Part shown: positions 24,780 to 37,570 of the stretch, piece by piece
Position numbering within the stretch: the first letter of the stretch is position 1
Layout of the letters: each line of letters begins with the position of its first letter
NCBI GenBank assembly: GCA_036785375.1
Contig: JAWMAR010000351.1
Span: forward strand, 310,001-374,000
Length of the DNA stretch: 64,000 bases
Origin: Leucoraja ocellata
Taxonomy: Eukaryota
Direction of reading: 5' to 3'
Notes under the pieces: generated by a model
Database searches by the model: none
Told to the model about the DNA's origin: nothing
Seen by the model: only the letters and a program-made list of their open reading frames with translations
Program-made: the position numbers and the translations under genes

Positions 24780-26384
24780 GTCAGGAAACAACAGATGTTT
24801 TGTATAGATCATATGATGGTCTTGCCAAGAGCAGCCCTGCTGCTAAACCCAGAAAAATATACTTCGTTGAAAATATTAACAATGGTACAATGGACGTTTG
24901 TTGTTCTCGTACACCACCTGCTAGTGCCCACTTTGTACGAGTCTGGGCAGTGGATAATGCTGCACTCTCTTGTTATCCAGTATTTTACAATCATTCAGAC
25001 TTTTCCAAAGAGGTAATTAAATGGTGATGAAAAGTCTGAACACACAGGTTTTTCCTCCTTCCACTCTTTTTTTTGTTTTCCAGTTCAGTCTGTGACACGG
25101 CCTCCCATTCATTAATGACTAAGAACTATTATAGCACAGATGCCACTTGAACGGTTTGCTATTAAAACCAGGATTGGCAATATTATCCATTCTAAGGAAT
25201 AAGGTTTTATTTTACAGGAATAAATCAGTACACTGTTTGGGTATGCTTGTAAATGGCAAATAGAATTGAATCTGGAGAAATTCGAGGTGGGCGGGATTGG
25301 GGAAACCAGTTGATTGGGAGACCTTGTAATGAAAGAACGGGGAGGGGGGGGGGTTTAAGAATACATGCCCATTGATCTGAGACTGTTTGATAAAATATTA
25401 TGAAGCCATATGGGGAGACATGGCCAAGGTGTCGAACTTAACAACGTGGCACAACTGTATAAATAGCTTGTTAGGCTGTAGCAAGTACAATTCTGGATAG
25501 CAGATGAAGGATGTGTTTGTGGAATAAATTGGAAGATGCTTATCTGAGTAGTGGAATTACAGATAAGAGGAGAGATCAACTTGGGCTGCAGCAATTTTAA
25601 CGGGGGAGGGGGGAAGGAGGAATCTAAAACATCATGTAGAGAGGTCGTTCTGGAACTATCTGCCAGCAAGGGGATGAAAGTAGACACCCTGCCACATTGA
25701 AAAGGTATCTAGATAGGCATGAAGAGCCTTGACTCAAGACTAATATTTGTAGAGTGGGAGTAATTATAAAAACCCTAGTTTGTGTGGACATTGAAACTGG
25801 TTCCTCTGATATAAACATCTGTGAAATATCCATGTTCAGTTATGTTTGCTTGTCGTGCCTTTGGCTCTTGAACTGTCTTGATTACAAATTATTTTCCAAC
25901 TGTTTTGATGTAGGTATGTGATGGGACTTTTTTGGAAAACCTCCAACCTTAGTTAATGATATAGTTACTTAAAGGGAAGGTTTCTTGGTTTAAGCTTGAC
26001 CTACTTACTGAGACATAGGTAGGCCCGCAATCAGCAGTGAGGCATCTCAAAGCTGCTTGCTTTCACCTTTTATACCACTGATTATCTTCTCTGCTGGCTC
26101 AGTCTTGCTGGTGGGACAGGATGTAACCAGGGGTGGTGACGTGATGGAGAGGTCTGTCTATAAATAATGGTTCTGTGAATATGACTGTTAGGTGTTGCTT
26201 AGGCAGCTTTTGGAACCGCTTTCCTAATCTCAATATCAGTCCTCAGATTTTACAGGATTAACTGAGCAAGAATTACTTTGCATTATCTGCACTTGGTGCC
26301 TCGGTTAATGACACTGAATTATCTGCCAAATGTTTTTTTGTATTTTAAGATATTGGCTATGGTGCAACTGAGGGACTTGGTCAG

Positions 26385-26560
26385 ATCATTTCAGAGGGTT
26401 GTCATCCTGTGCTGGTCATGAAGGCTAGACTGGGTAGGGGTGACTGATTCCCTCCCATGAAAGATATTAGTGAACCTGAGGGCTTGTTGACAATCCAATA
26501 ATTTTGAGATTGTCACTTCAGTTAATAATTTGAATTTAGTTCCACTGCTGTCTCAGTCAT
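26385..26560 (-). mobile_element. DeuSINE (SacSINE1-like) remnant
   Basis: Reverse-complement similarity to the 28850-29115 copy (atttcagaggg..., gatattagtgaacc). Confidence 0.45.
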
Positions 26561-26682
26561 TATCTGGGGTCTTTGGTTTACTAATTTGGTTCTGCCATCA
26601 TTATGTTAGAGGAAGGATGGGAGAATATTATTGGGAGTGAAGTTGAGTCGGTAATGTAGCCTTTGTTTTTGTTTACATACAG

Positions 26683-26864
26683 GGATTAAACTACGTGAAG
26701 CCAACCAGCAGCAACAATTTAACCGGAATGTGGAAGACATTGAACTATGGTTGTATGAAGTTGAAGGTCACCTTTCTTCAGATGATTATGGAAAGGATCT
26801 GACCAGCGTGCAGAACCTGCAGAAAAAACACGCACTGCTGGAGGCTGATATTGCAGCACACCAG
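26683..26864 (+). CDS. SPTAN1: SPTAN1 exon 16
   Basis: IKLREANQQQQFNRNVEDIELWL...IAAHQ; 182 nt. Confidence 0.96.
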
Positions 26865-28024
26865 GTATAGACATTTTTAAAGTGCTGAACTTGCAGTTCT
26901 TCAAGTGCTGAACTTGAAGGTCTGAATTTCCTGCAAGGATTATAGTTACAGGGGAACACTGTTCTCTATCCAGATGCTCAATGTTCAAATTTAAGTATCA
27001 AATCTTGAATTTATTTCTCCTTGACATACTTGTACGTATCGATAAACATCAGTTGGAAATGGGAATGATGGCTAATTGTATTTACAACTTTGATCTGTTG
27101 TTTACAGCATCCCAACTGATTCAAGGCCAAAACCAGTTAATTGATTGAAATCAGACGTGTAACCTAGAACTTTCCTGGTCTCTGTGATTCATCTAGTTAC
27201 TGAACTAAAGGAACTTTAGCGAAGGACTATAAAGGCCTCAATAAAGAAAGGAAAAGTAGGCTGGTGATTAACATTAAAACCAGATGGTCCTCCATAGAAA
27301 GGAAAATAAAAGCTTAATGTAGGTCTGTATGTTGCTTCCTCCTCCTGCAGTCTCTTGGGATAACTAACTTTGACTATTGGGTCTCATTGATATAGAATTA
27401 TAGAGCCACACCCTTTCACAACATTAATGTATCAGATTTCATAAGAGAATTGGTATTTCAATATCTGCCAATCCTGGCTGCGAGATTGGATTCTGATTGT
27501 TTCTTTTCCTCTCTGCATGTCATTTTCTTTAGGGATTTGTCTCCACCCAGTAATGCGTTGTTTTAGTTGAACGGCACTGTGCTGTTCAATAAAATGCTGC
27601 GTGGAAATAATGTTTACTTAAATAAGACTCTGCCATAAATATTTAGCAGATATAAACTAGTTTCCAGCTGCTTTTAAAAGTGAATCACATTATCCCCATG
27701 GAAGCAAATAACCCCAATCAAAATGGTGAACTTGTCTATAAGAAATAGATGTGGGCGTAGGCCATTTGGCCTCTCGTTCTTGTTCCACCTTAAACAAGAC
27801 TATGGTAGATTTTTCATATTGGACTCTTTCCTGTATTATACTGCTGTTGTTGATGAGAACAACCAAAATTTGTGATGGTTTTAGTTTGTTATCCAAAACA
27901 TTAGGTGGGATCATTTTACAGGAAAATAATTTTCATTAAGACATGGTTATAAACATTTGGCTTGGCTAATGTTTAGGATTTTATTTAGTTAGCTGAGCCA
28001 GGAGTGACAGTAAAAAGTTAAGAT

Positions 28025-28318
28025 GCCACCGCCGGCCTTGTTTAGTCGTCATCACCATCATCATCGTTGAAAACGTCAATGGGCAGGGTGCCTTACAATG
28101 CTATGTACGACAGCGATTGCAACTTCTACTGAAGTATGGATGGCCTTTGGTTCGCTAGGAGCTCATCCTCCCTTTGACAGGTCTTGTTTTTGGTCCTGTC
28201 GAGGTCCACAGCCCCCTCCTCACCTGGCAAACCAGGTGGGGAAGACGATTTAGTCGCCGACCATGGAGCATGTAACACGGGATTACATGGTACCCGTGGC
28301 GGAGGGGCGGGGAACTTA
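28025..28318 (-). mobile_element. unclassified GC-rich interspersed element with (GAT)n-like tail (RTE-related?)
   Basis: CpG-containing island in an AT-rich intron, short hairpins, catcaccatcatcatc terminus. Confidence 0.4.
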
Positions 28319-28416
28319 GTAATACCACTCATTAATCTTTTCTACAAATACTTTCAATGTAGATGGTGCTTAATGCAAGAATAAAACCAATTGTATTTGC
28401 TTTGTTTTGCTTGAAG

Positions 28417-28660
28417 GACCGTATTGATGGGATTAATATCCAAGCCCGGCAGTTCCAGGAAGCAGGACATTTTGATGCTGATAACATCAAGAAAAAGCAA
28501 GAAACTTTAGTTAGTCGTTATGAGGCATTGAAAGACCCAATGGTGTCCCGAAAACAGAAACTTGCTGATTCTCTCCGACTTCAACAACTTTTCCGTGATA
28601 TTGAAGATGAAGAAACATGGATTCGAGAAAAGGAGCCCATTGCTGCTTCCACAAATAGAG
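28417..28660 (+). CDS. SPTAN1: SPTAN1 exon 17
   Basis: DRIDGINIQARQFQEAGHF...ASTNRG; 244 nt. Confidence 0.96.
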
Positions 28661-28849
28661 GTTAGGCTGATTTGGCATGTTACAGAATGTTGGCATACTT
28701 ATTTCCTCTGTGTATATGATCGTTCAAAACAGAAAGAGGAGTTTCAGGAAACATACACAGAACTGCAGATGCTGGTATTCGGCCTTCTGAGCCAATTTCC
28801 TCCCATCAATTAGATCTTTCTATTAATTGAACACCACCCATGTCAAGAC

Positions 28850-29115
28850 GTGTTTGAATCGCACAATGCAGACTGGGAGCATAAGTAACACATCTGAAAT
28901 TTAAAAAATGTCTAGTAACAGTAAGCAGATTGACATTAAATAAAACATCTGGCTCAACATTGTCCTTTAGGGAAGGGTGGTGGCTTTCTAACTGGATGTA
29001 AGTGATTCCAGATGCACTGTGATTGACCCTTAACTGCCTCTTCGGGTCAGTGGCCATTGGGAATGAGTAATAAATGCCTGTATTGCTCGCGATGTTCACA
29101 TCTTGTGAACAAATA
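28850..29115 (+). mobile_element. DeuSINE (SacSINE1-like) remnant
   Basis: tgtcctttagggaagg...gattgacccttaactgcc...taataaatgcc...gcgatgttcacatc resembles the Deu domain and tail as I recall them. Confidence 0.55.
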
Positions 29116-29596
29116 CTTTTTAATAAATCTTTGCGGTGTTAATTTTGATCTTATATGTAGACCTAAATAACATTGTGATGCACTCTTTTGGTTCCTTGCA
29201 AGCATGTCTAATATGCCATGTTGTCTTGCCTAATCCTGGCCTTGGTGCTTCTGAATTAAAAAAGGTTTGTATCTAAGATGGTAGTAACCTCCTGCCACCT
29301 AAGATGGTAGTAACCTCATCCCACCTCCTCTTCCAAGGCCACCACCACCATTGGAGGTAATTATGTTTTGGCATTGACTAGATTAACCTGGTCTTATTAG
29401 CCTATGTGTCGAGGCTGTCCTTGGAAAGATTTGAAGATTTCCTCTGCCAATGAGACTGCTTGCTTCAAATGTTGGAACCTTGCATGCGTTTCGATAGCTT
29501 TCCAAACATTAGACGATAAAACTTGCTGTTTATAGATTTTAACAAGCATTCTTTGGGAGGATGATTGATGCTCAGATTTTAAACCCTGTGTTTCAG

Positions 29597-29719
29597 GAAA
29601 GGATTTGATTGGCGTACAGAACTTGCTTAAAAAGCACCAGGCGCTCCAGGCTGAGATTTCTGGTCATGAACCACGTATTAAAGCAGTGGCTCAGAAAGGC
29701 CAAGCCATGATTGAAGACG
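29597..29719 (+). CDS. SPTAN1: SPTAN1 exon 18
   Basis: KDLIGVQNLLKKHQALQAEISGHEPRI...MIEDG; 123 nt. Confidence 0.96.
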
Positions 29720-29952
29720 GTAGGTGTTGTTAAAAGCATAACAATTCTGTCATTGCTTTTTATGTGCAGGTTTGGTGACAATAAATTTGTGGAAGTCCAA
29801 GAATGCTGATTTTAATCTCCTGATTCTGCAGATGATACAATTAACTTGAATTGTGCATATTTATAAAATGGCAGTATGATGGATTCAAGTTGTGCTCTGG
29901 CGGGGAGGGGGGTTTAAGATAATGAAGAGCCAGTGTGGCTTTCTATCTCATT

Positions 29953-30015
29953 CCTTCTCTCCAGAGATGCTGCCTGTCCCGCCCGCTGAGTTGCTCCAGC
30001 ATTTTGTATCTACCT
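29953..30015 (+). mobile_element. 63-bp Penelope pLTR fragment with 17-bp flanking direct repeat
   Basis: tggctttctatctcatt at 29936-29952 and 30016-30032. Confidence 0.8.
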
Positions 30016-31093
30016 TGGCTTTCTATCTCATTGGTGCACTTTACACCCAAGTCTATTCCAGTATCAAGGGCAACATGATAATGCCGCTGTTGGTGTTGCT
30101 GCTTCACTGCTCTTAGGATCTGGGTTCAGCCATGGCCTGGGGTGCTGACATATGCATTTGTATGTTATCCCCATACTATGGTTTCTTCCCACATCTCGTT
30201 CTGTAAATATCCCTTGGGAAGTTGGCTAAAACAACTAAAGGGCTGGACATGTTAAGGATAAAGTTTATTCAGATCTATCGAGAAGTGAGAAGGGGAAATG
30301 GACTGATGTGATAGGACAGTTTGTAACTGGCAATGCTAAATTACGTCCTATGTGGAGTAAAGTAGGAAAGATCCTTAAATAAAAGCTTCCTTTTTCTAAA
30401 GAGGTGTTTCACACACTTAGAAGTAAAGTGAAGGCAAAATTGAGGTGGAAAATGTGGAAAAGAAAGGTGTGATATATGGAAGTGACACGTCATTTAAATG
30501 TCAGGAGGGAAGAATGTGAAACAAAGGAATGCAACGTAGCATTTTTTAAAGAGCTACTGGTAATTATGTCCATGGCAAAGGGAAAATGAATGGCTCCTGA
30601 TATGCCCATTTTAGGGATTAAAAATACTAAATAGAATTACTTTATTCAAGCTTGTTAAAAATGACAATTTGCTGTTGAATCCAAGCCTGTGGAAACCTCA
30701 ATGGTGTTGCAGCCAAAATTGGAGAATGCTCCAGACTACATCCATTCTATATTGTGCTATATATTATGGATTTGCTCTTTATGCCAATACTCATATTTTA
30801 ATTAGTGGGTGTATAACTGAACAAGGAAAAGAAAAATGGATTGAATACAAGTTATGAGATTCCTTAGTTACAAGAGTGCCATGTTTAGAGAATTGAGTTA
30901 TCTTGAGTGCCAACCTTAACGTGTTCTTGATGTTTTCTCTTTATATTGTCTGTAGTGAAAGTTGTTCAGGACAAGGTAAAGATGGTAAATGAGATGAGAT
31001 TCACATGAGGGACAGGCAATTTAAATCCAAGTTGGCACACCAAAGATGAGAGTAATTTTTCATTTCAACAAAATCTATTTAATTTTTTTTCAG

Positions 31094-31311
31094 GTCACTT
31101 TGCGAGTGAAGAGGTAAACACCAAGCTAAATGACCTGAATCAAAAATGGGATTCCTTGAAAGCCAAGGCTGCACAGAGGCGTCAGGATTTGGAAGATTCG
31201 CTACAGGCTCAGCAATACTTTGCTGATGCTAATGAGGCAGAGTCTTGGATGAGGGAGAAAGAACCAGTTGTTGGCAGCATCGACTATGGAAAAGATGAAG
31301 ATTCTGCTGAG
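31094..31311 (+). CDS. SPTAN1: SPTAN1 exon 19
   Basis: HFASEEVNTKLNDLNQKW...GKDEDSAE; 218 nt. Confidence 0.96.
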
Positions 31312-31896
31312 GTATGGTTCTTTGTTTCTGCAAATATAGTTTACTATGCAAGCTCCAATGGTCATTGGAGCTGGGAAGCATGGAGTGGAATATATGCTGT
31401 TTGCAGGATGGAAAGGGGCTCTGCTTGAAGAAATGGGAAATTAAATGGGAAATTATCCATAAACACTAGGTTTACACTATCATCCAAAATCAAAATTGTG
31501 CCTGCTGAAATTTACTTCCAAGGAGATTAGTGCTTCACTCAGATGAAGTTGTGCTTGACACTTGATGCAGGTTCAGTTAGCATTACGTTGAATCTGAAAC
31601 TTATTAACCAAATGGCACAGGATGCCTCAACATTTCTGGATACAGATCGGGAATAGGGAATCTGTCCATTCTTTACTTTGTAACTGAGTTGACACCTTTT
31701 TGAGCCCTTCACATTGCCCTCTGCATAGAGGAGCTAATGTTGTATTTGAGAATTAGACTTTGAAGTTTTGTGAATGCCTCATTCCATTGCTGGATAAAGT
31801 GGGTGAATGTCATCCTCTGACTTTATGCTGTTTGTTGCAGTTGTTCATGCACTGAATTTTATTTGATGGTACAATAAAAATCAACATTTTTTCCAG

Positions 31897-31989
31897 GCCT
31901 TATTGAAGAAGCATGAAGCTCTGATGTCTGATCTAATTGCATATGGAAGCAGCATTCAAGCATTGAAGGAACAGGCTCAAGGCTGTCGT
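31897..31989 (+). CDS. SPTAN1: SPTAN1 exon 20
   Basis: ALLKKHEALMSDLIAYGSSIQALKEQAQGCR; 93 nt. Confidence 0.96.
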
Positions 31990-32140
31990 GTAAGGAATTC
32001 TAAACTTATAACCACGTTGACAAATTTTCTATACTGAAACTATAATTTAAAAAAATTGGTGAAGCTTACAACTTTTAGCCATTAATTTACTTCAGTTGTA
32101 AATAAATGTGTGCCCGGTGGTTGATTTAACAGGTCTCTAA

Positions 32141-32299
<159 letters not shown>

Positions 32300-32735
32300 T
32301 AATGCCAGGACAGATTGTGAAGGCGTAAAAAATGTGTGCTGGTTTTTTGTTTTGCTTATGTTAGTGCCGTAAGTCATTTTAATTTCTTCATCTTTAATTA
32401 TCTAGGGAGTATGCTTCTGTTTTCTGGGTGAAACATTTCATTGCATTATCAGTTGATATTGGATAGAACATAGAAAATAATATCTATTTTGTCATTGGAA
32501 ATGTAGCTCATTGGTCAGTTACAGTGGATACAGTTCTTTAGACATGCAGTTGTAGAATGAAAAACAAAACACATGGAACAGTCGTAGATTTTTCACATTA
32601 TTTTGTAATATATGCGGGTCGTCTTTATTCTGATATGTGAGCACATCAAAGACCATATGGGTAATGCTATGTCTGTCATATCCAAGTTAGGCAAGGTCTA
32701 TCAAAGGTAGTTTATCTAATAATAATTTCCTTTGA

Positions 32736-32936
<201 letters not shown>

Positions 32937-33194
32937 TAAGTAACTAAATTTGCTAATGTATCACCAGGCATAGAATTTTGCAGAAGTATTAATTCATTAA
33001 AGAGCACTATGCATTTTTAGTGGTTAGATTCAGTATTTCCATTTTGTGTTGGATGACACCCCAGACCTTTGTTAATAGCGATCTTGTTTTTTTTCCCTTC
33101 AGGGGATAATTGGTTGAGAATGGCAAATTTTGAGTGCTGGGGCTAGTATGAAAATTGTGCAGGACCTTGGGGAAAGAGCAGAAGAATGGTACTC

Positions 33195-33885
33195 ATGGAA
33201 TGTGTTGCACTTTGAGAGGTCGATTGTAAGGGTAAAGTAAAGAGTTAATAGCAAGATCATTAACAGCATTGATGTACAGAGGGATCCTGGAGTCCTAAGT
33301 CCATGGCTCTCTGAAAGTTACAACACAAGTAGATAGTGGTAAAGACAGTGTATGCTTGCCTTAATCAGTTGGGGGCATATAGTTAGGGAGTCATGCAGCT
33401 TTATAAAACTTTGGTTCGGCCGAAGTATTATGTGCAGTTCTGCTCACCACATTACACCACATAATGCTGCCTGGTTTAGAGGGCATTAGCTTTAAGGAGG
33501 GATTGGGCAAACTTGGATTGTTTTCTCTGGAGTGTCGGAGGTTGGGTGAATACCTGATAAAAGCATTAAAAAAATTATGAGAGGCTTAGCCGGGATAGAC
33601 TGTCACAACCGTTTTCTCCTGCTGCCAATATCAAAGATGTGAGGGATAGCTTTAAAGTCAGAAGGGGAATATTCAAAGGAGATAATCAGTGCAAGTTCTT
33701 TGCATAATGCGTGCCTGGAACATATGCCTGGCAGTGGAGGCATATATGATAATGGCATTTAAAAGGTGTTTAGATCAGCACTTGGATATGGAGGGATGTG
33801 AATCACATGCAGGAAGAGGAGTTTAATTTGATATCATCAGCACATACATTGTGGGCCAAGATGCCTGTTCCTGCGTTCTATGTAA
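33195..33885 (+). mobile_element. CR1 LINE 3' fragment
   Basis: cagagggatcctggagtcc, tataaaactttggttcggcc...tgtgcagttctg, tail gggccaagatgcctgttcctgcgttctatg. Confidence 0.8.
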
Positions 33886-34558
33886 AGGCATGGCTCTTTA
33901 AAAAAAATGTTGAGCTAAATGGTCCCATTTGGTGCTGGATTGATTAAAACATTTTTCTTTTTCCTTCAATCTTTTCCTTTTCTTCCCGACTTCGATAAAT
34001 TACAATAATAATAAGAGTGAAAGGATGGATTAATATTCATTAAATACGTATGTTTGACAAGTGTAGGCCTATACAGAAATCTGGTTCATGGACAAAGGGC
34101 TGATGTCTCATCTTGTGCTGTAAAGGTTCTGATTTCTGTGCACATATTCTGATTGCATTGATTTCTAACTTTCACTTCTGCAGAATATATTTATGGCTTT
34201 CCCAGGTATGCAGGCTAAACATAGTTGGTTAATTTGACAGTGTCTGGCAGCTGGTAATAGTTTAGCAGTTTGGAGTGAGGTAAATTATTAATCCTCGACG
34301 CAATTTGCACGAGTCTTTAATGGTTTCTTTACAGATTCCTGAAGGAGAACTGTTTTTACCAGCCAGTTCAGTTGCTTGTGGCTCATCAAACCATAGTCAT
34401 CATCTATTGCTGTCTGCTGCACCTATTGATCCAGAGTCTTTCCTTGATCCTTACTGATCCTTACCATGTACTACTAATTTTCCTTTCTTCAACAGCTGCT
34501 TTTAATTCATTAATCCACTAATGATGCATGCTGTACTCTGCTCCCTTTGTCTGTCCAG

Positions 34559-34618
34559 GGCTCTGCTAGCTAAGGAGGTTGGCAGCGTTGTGCTCCGTAT
34601 GAAGCAGGTGGAAGAATT
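34559..34618 (+). CDS. SPTAN1: SPTAN1 exon 23, 60-nt alternatively spliced SH3 insert
   Basis: ccag|G GCT...GAA TT|gtgagt; ALLAKEVGSVVLRMKQVEEL, similar to the human 20-aa insert TRITKEAGSVSLRMKQVEEL; symmetric phase 2. Confidence 0.92.
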
Positions 34619-35907
34619 GTGAGTAGGCTTGGCTGATCCTCACTAGATGTGATCTGTGCATTTCCATTCACTATTGGACTGCATTTTTACAAGTGTTTAT
34701 GGACACTGGATGAATCTTTTTTTAATATCATGCTAGCTTAAAGATGGAATTGCTTTGAAATGGGATACCTATGTACTCACCACATTACAGCTCAAGCTAT
34801 AGTGGATGAGTTATGTTTGTTCTCCTTGTCAACTGATGACAGTGAAATTCATCAAAGAGTGAGCTATTTGACAGTGAATCTACCACCTTATGGACACTGG
34901 ATGAATTATTCATTATTTTAGATGCATGGCTTTTAAAATTGTTCATATGTTTATTTCCAGCCAATGCTGTAGATAGCACATCCTTCTGGTTAGGTTACTT
35001 GAATTAACAATATAAATTGAAGTGATTGAATGGTTTGTTATCTTCATTGTGCGGAGGGTGGGGGTTGCAAAATAACCACAAAATTGCTGGTTATTTTGAT
35101 GTTTTTGACAGTCGGCTTAGTGAGATGAGGTAAATGTTTACATATCTTGGTGAGTAAAAGCTAATATGATACGCTGTCTGGAAATGAAAACCAAATTTGA
35201 TAAATTCTTAACAAAACTATTGAGCAAACAATGTGTGTTGATAATTTGGGATGGAGAACTTTAGTTCATCTACCTAAATCCCTGAATTTTATTCTAGGTA
35301 AATGCATTAACTAAACTAGTTGAACTAGGATTTATTTTTGTACTGGGATCCCAATGAAAAATAACAAATTAATTTGAATCCTGACAATTGTGTACATATA
35401 AAATCACGTCTAAATGCATCCAGTGACCATGCTATTTTCTTGTCATTTCAAAATAATTTTGAGTTTGGTTCTCGCCAGTTATCAAATATAAATCCAAAAA
35501 TGCAATGTTTAAGAGAAGTAAAAAATAATTTTTATCCGCATGAAATGGAATTTTTATCCGCATGAGGGGATAAATCCACTGTCCACTTATTTCACTCAAA
35601 TAAATTTAAGGCCCTGTTTCTACAAGTTTAACTGATACTTGTGAACTGCAAAATGTTTTTTCATTGTTAAAGGAAATTTGCAGTCAGTAATGGTGGTGGA
35701 AACTATTGATGCTGAATCCATTCATGCGTTCAGAAAGAATTGGATAAATAACTGGATAGATAATTGAGGGAGAATTAAATAATGGAAAGAGGAGGAGTGG
35801 GACTGGTGGAATTGTTTTAATTGGAGGTGGTAGATTCACTGTGTCAAATAGCTTACTCTTTGTGTTGTGAAATTCTGATTTAATGTAATACAGGCAGCTT
35901 GGAGGAT

Positions 35908-36245
35908 TTTAATTTAGTCTGGAGATGCAGTATGGAAACAGGCGCTTCGGCACAATGAATCCTCGTTGACCATCACCCATTCACGCTAGTTCGATGTTAT
36001 CCCATTTTCTTATCTACACCCTGCACGCTAGGGACAATATTTAGAGGCCAATTAACCTACAAACCCGCACGTCCTTGGGATGTGAGAGAAATTCAATTTG
36101 GAATATTTTGGAGGAGCAAGGAACCAAGAACCAGGAATCGGAGCACCTGGATGAAGCCCAAATGGTCACATGGAGAACGTGCAAAGTCCACCTGGGACTC
36201 TGGCGCCATGAGGCAGCGGCTCTGGCAGCTGCGCTACAGTGCCCC
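35908..36245 (-). mobile_element. V-SINE (HE1-like)
   Basis: tttagtctggagatgcagtatggaaacaggc tail, ggccaattaacctacaaacccgcacgtccttgggatgtg V-domain, head at ~36200-36245. Confidence 0.75.
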
Positions 36246-36282
36246 CAACTCATTTAAGGCCGATTTATTGCTGAAATCCTTA

Positions 36283-36484
36283 AGGGCTTGTCCCACTTTC
36301 ACGACCTAATTCACAACCTTTTTTACTCGTGGATATTTTTCATCGGGCTAGAAAAACGCCCCGACCTACTTGATGCCACGAGTACCTACAACTAGCATCA
36401 CGGCCTCCTACGACCCAGTGAGGACCATGCTGCGAGTATGAGTCAAGGGCAAACGGCAGAGGTTGTGAAAGTGGGACAGGCCCT
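36283..36484. mobile_element. PIF/Harbinger-type MITE, 202 bp
   Basis: 25-bp TIRs agggcttgtcccactttcacgacct / aggttgtgaaagtgggacaggccct (2 mismatches) flanked by TTA on both sides. Confidence 0.85.
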
Positions 36485-36721
36485 TTAGACCACCTCAATT
36501 ACGATTCCAAAAATATCTACTTAGTTGAACCTTTTGATTTTTTGATAAAGAAGACTTTTGGCATTTTCAAAACAAATGATTTAAGTATACGCTCAGGATT
36601 GGAGGATGCATCTGAAGTAATAGTGTGAGGTAAAGTGAATGGGCAATGTGAAATGAGGCCAAATGTATTCCAAAATTTGGAAGTACTCCTCAGATCAATT
36701 TAGTGATATTTCGGGTCGGAT

Positions 36722-36815
36722 CGGTTTTGAAGAGGGGCCTTGACCTGAAATGCCATCGATCCATGTTCTCCAGAGATGCTGCCTGACCTAAATTACTCCA
36801 GCACTTTGTATCCTT
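36722..36815 (+). mobile_element. Penelope pLTR fragment, degenerate hammerhead motif
   Basis: ttgaagaggggccttgacctgaaatgcca + ctccagagatgctgcctgacc. Confidence 0.7.
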
Positions 36816-37076
36816 TCTTAATAGAAAGCTGAAATTGGTTCTCTAAGTATACATTATCGCTCGTATCCTAAGTGCAATGTTGCTTCAATTTTTGTTAATC
36901 AGTCATCAGGTTTTTATTCTTTTAATCATCAGACATTTTGTATTTGTTTTTTTCTGGTTTCTCTAATGATATGGACAATTCTATATTGTGATAGTTGTAG
37001 TTTGTATTGTCATAGCCTTCCTTTTAATTGGTAGAGATTACTGTTGAGTACTTTTTGCTTTTCATCCTTTCTACAG

Positions 37077-37275
37077 ATACCAGTCGATTCTGGAATTGGG
37101 CACGAAGCGCAAGGATATGCTGGAAAAGAGCTGCAAAAAGTTCATGCTTTTCCGTGAGGCCAATGAACTGCAGCAGTGGATAAACGAGAAGGAGACAGCA
37201 TTGACCAGTGAAGAGGTGGGGACTGACCTAGAACAAGTGGAAGTACTGCAGAAGAAATTTGATGACTTCCAGAAA
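37077..37275 (+). CDS. SPTAN1: SPTAN1 exon 24
   Basis: YQSILELGTKRKDMLEKSCKKFMLF...DDFQK; 199 nt. Confidence 0.96.
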
Positions 37276-37570
37276 GTAAGCACTATTTCTAAATTATTCT
37301 GATGGGTGGGGGAGAAAGTGAAACCTTCAACTCGTAACCCAGATGTGAATACCATAGTTCTTGCATATTTGATTACTTAATAACATTAATAGTTAAGGGT
37401 TTGTGTCAAATTGTATTTGTTTTACTGTAAACAAATTTACATTTTGAAATCTTGGGTTTTATTTTAAATATTTTTTCACCATCCAGCGCTTGTGGCAATA
37501 TTAATGTGTTCATAATGCATAAATATGTTCAAATCAATTAAATTGTTAATTTAGCTGATTTATTTTTAAG

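Noticed and set aside
29273-29317. 19-bp tandem duplication (period 26); similar small ones at ~26880-26916 and 35527-35565
   Set aside because: Two-copy slippage duplications, not CRISPR-like arrays; eukaryotic intron, no spacer series.
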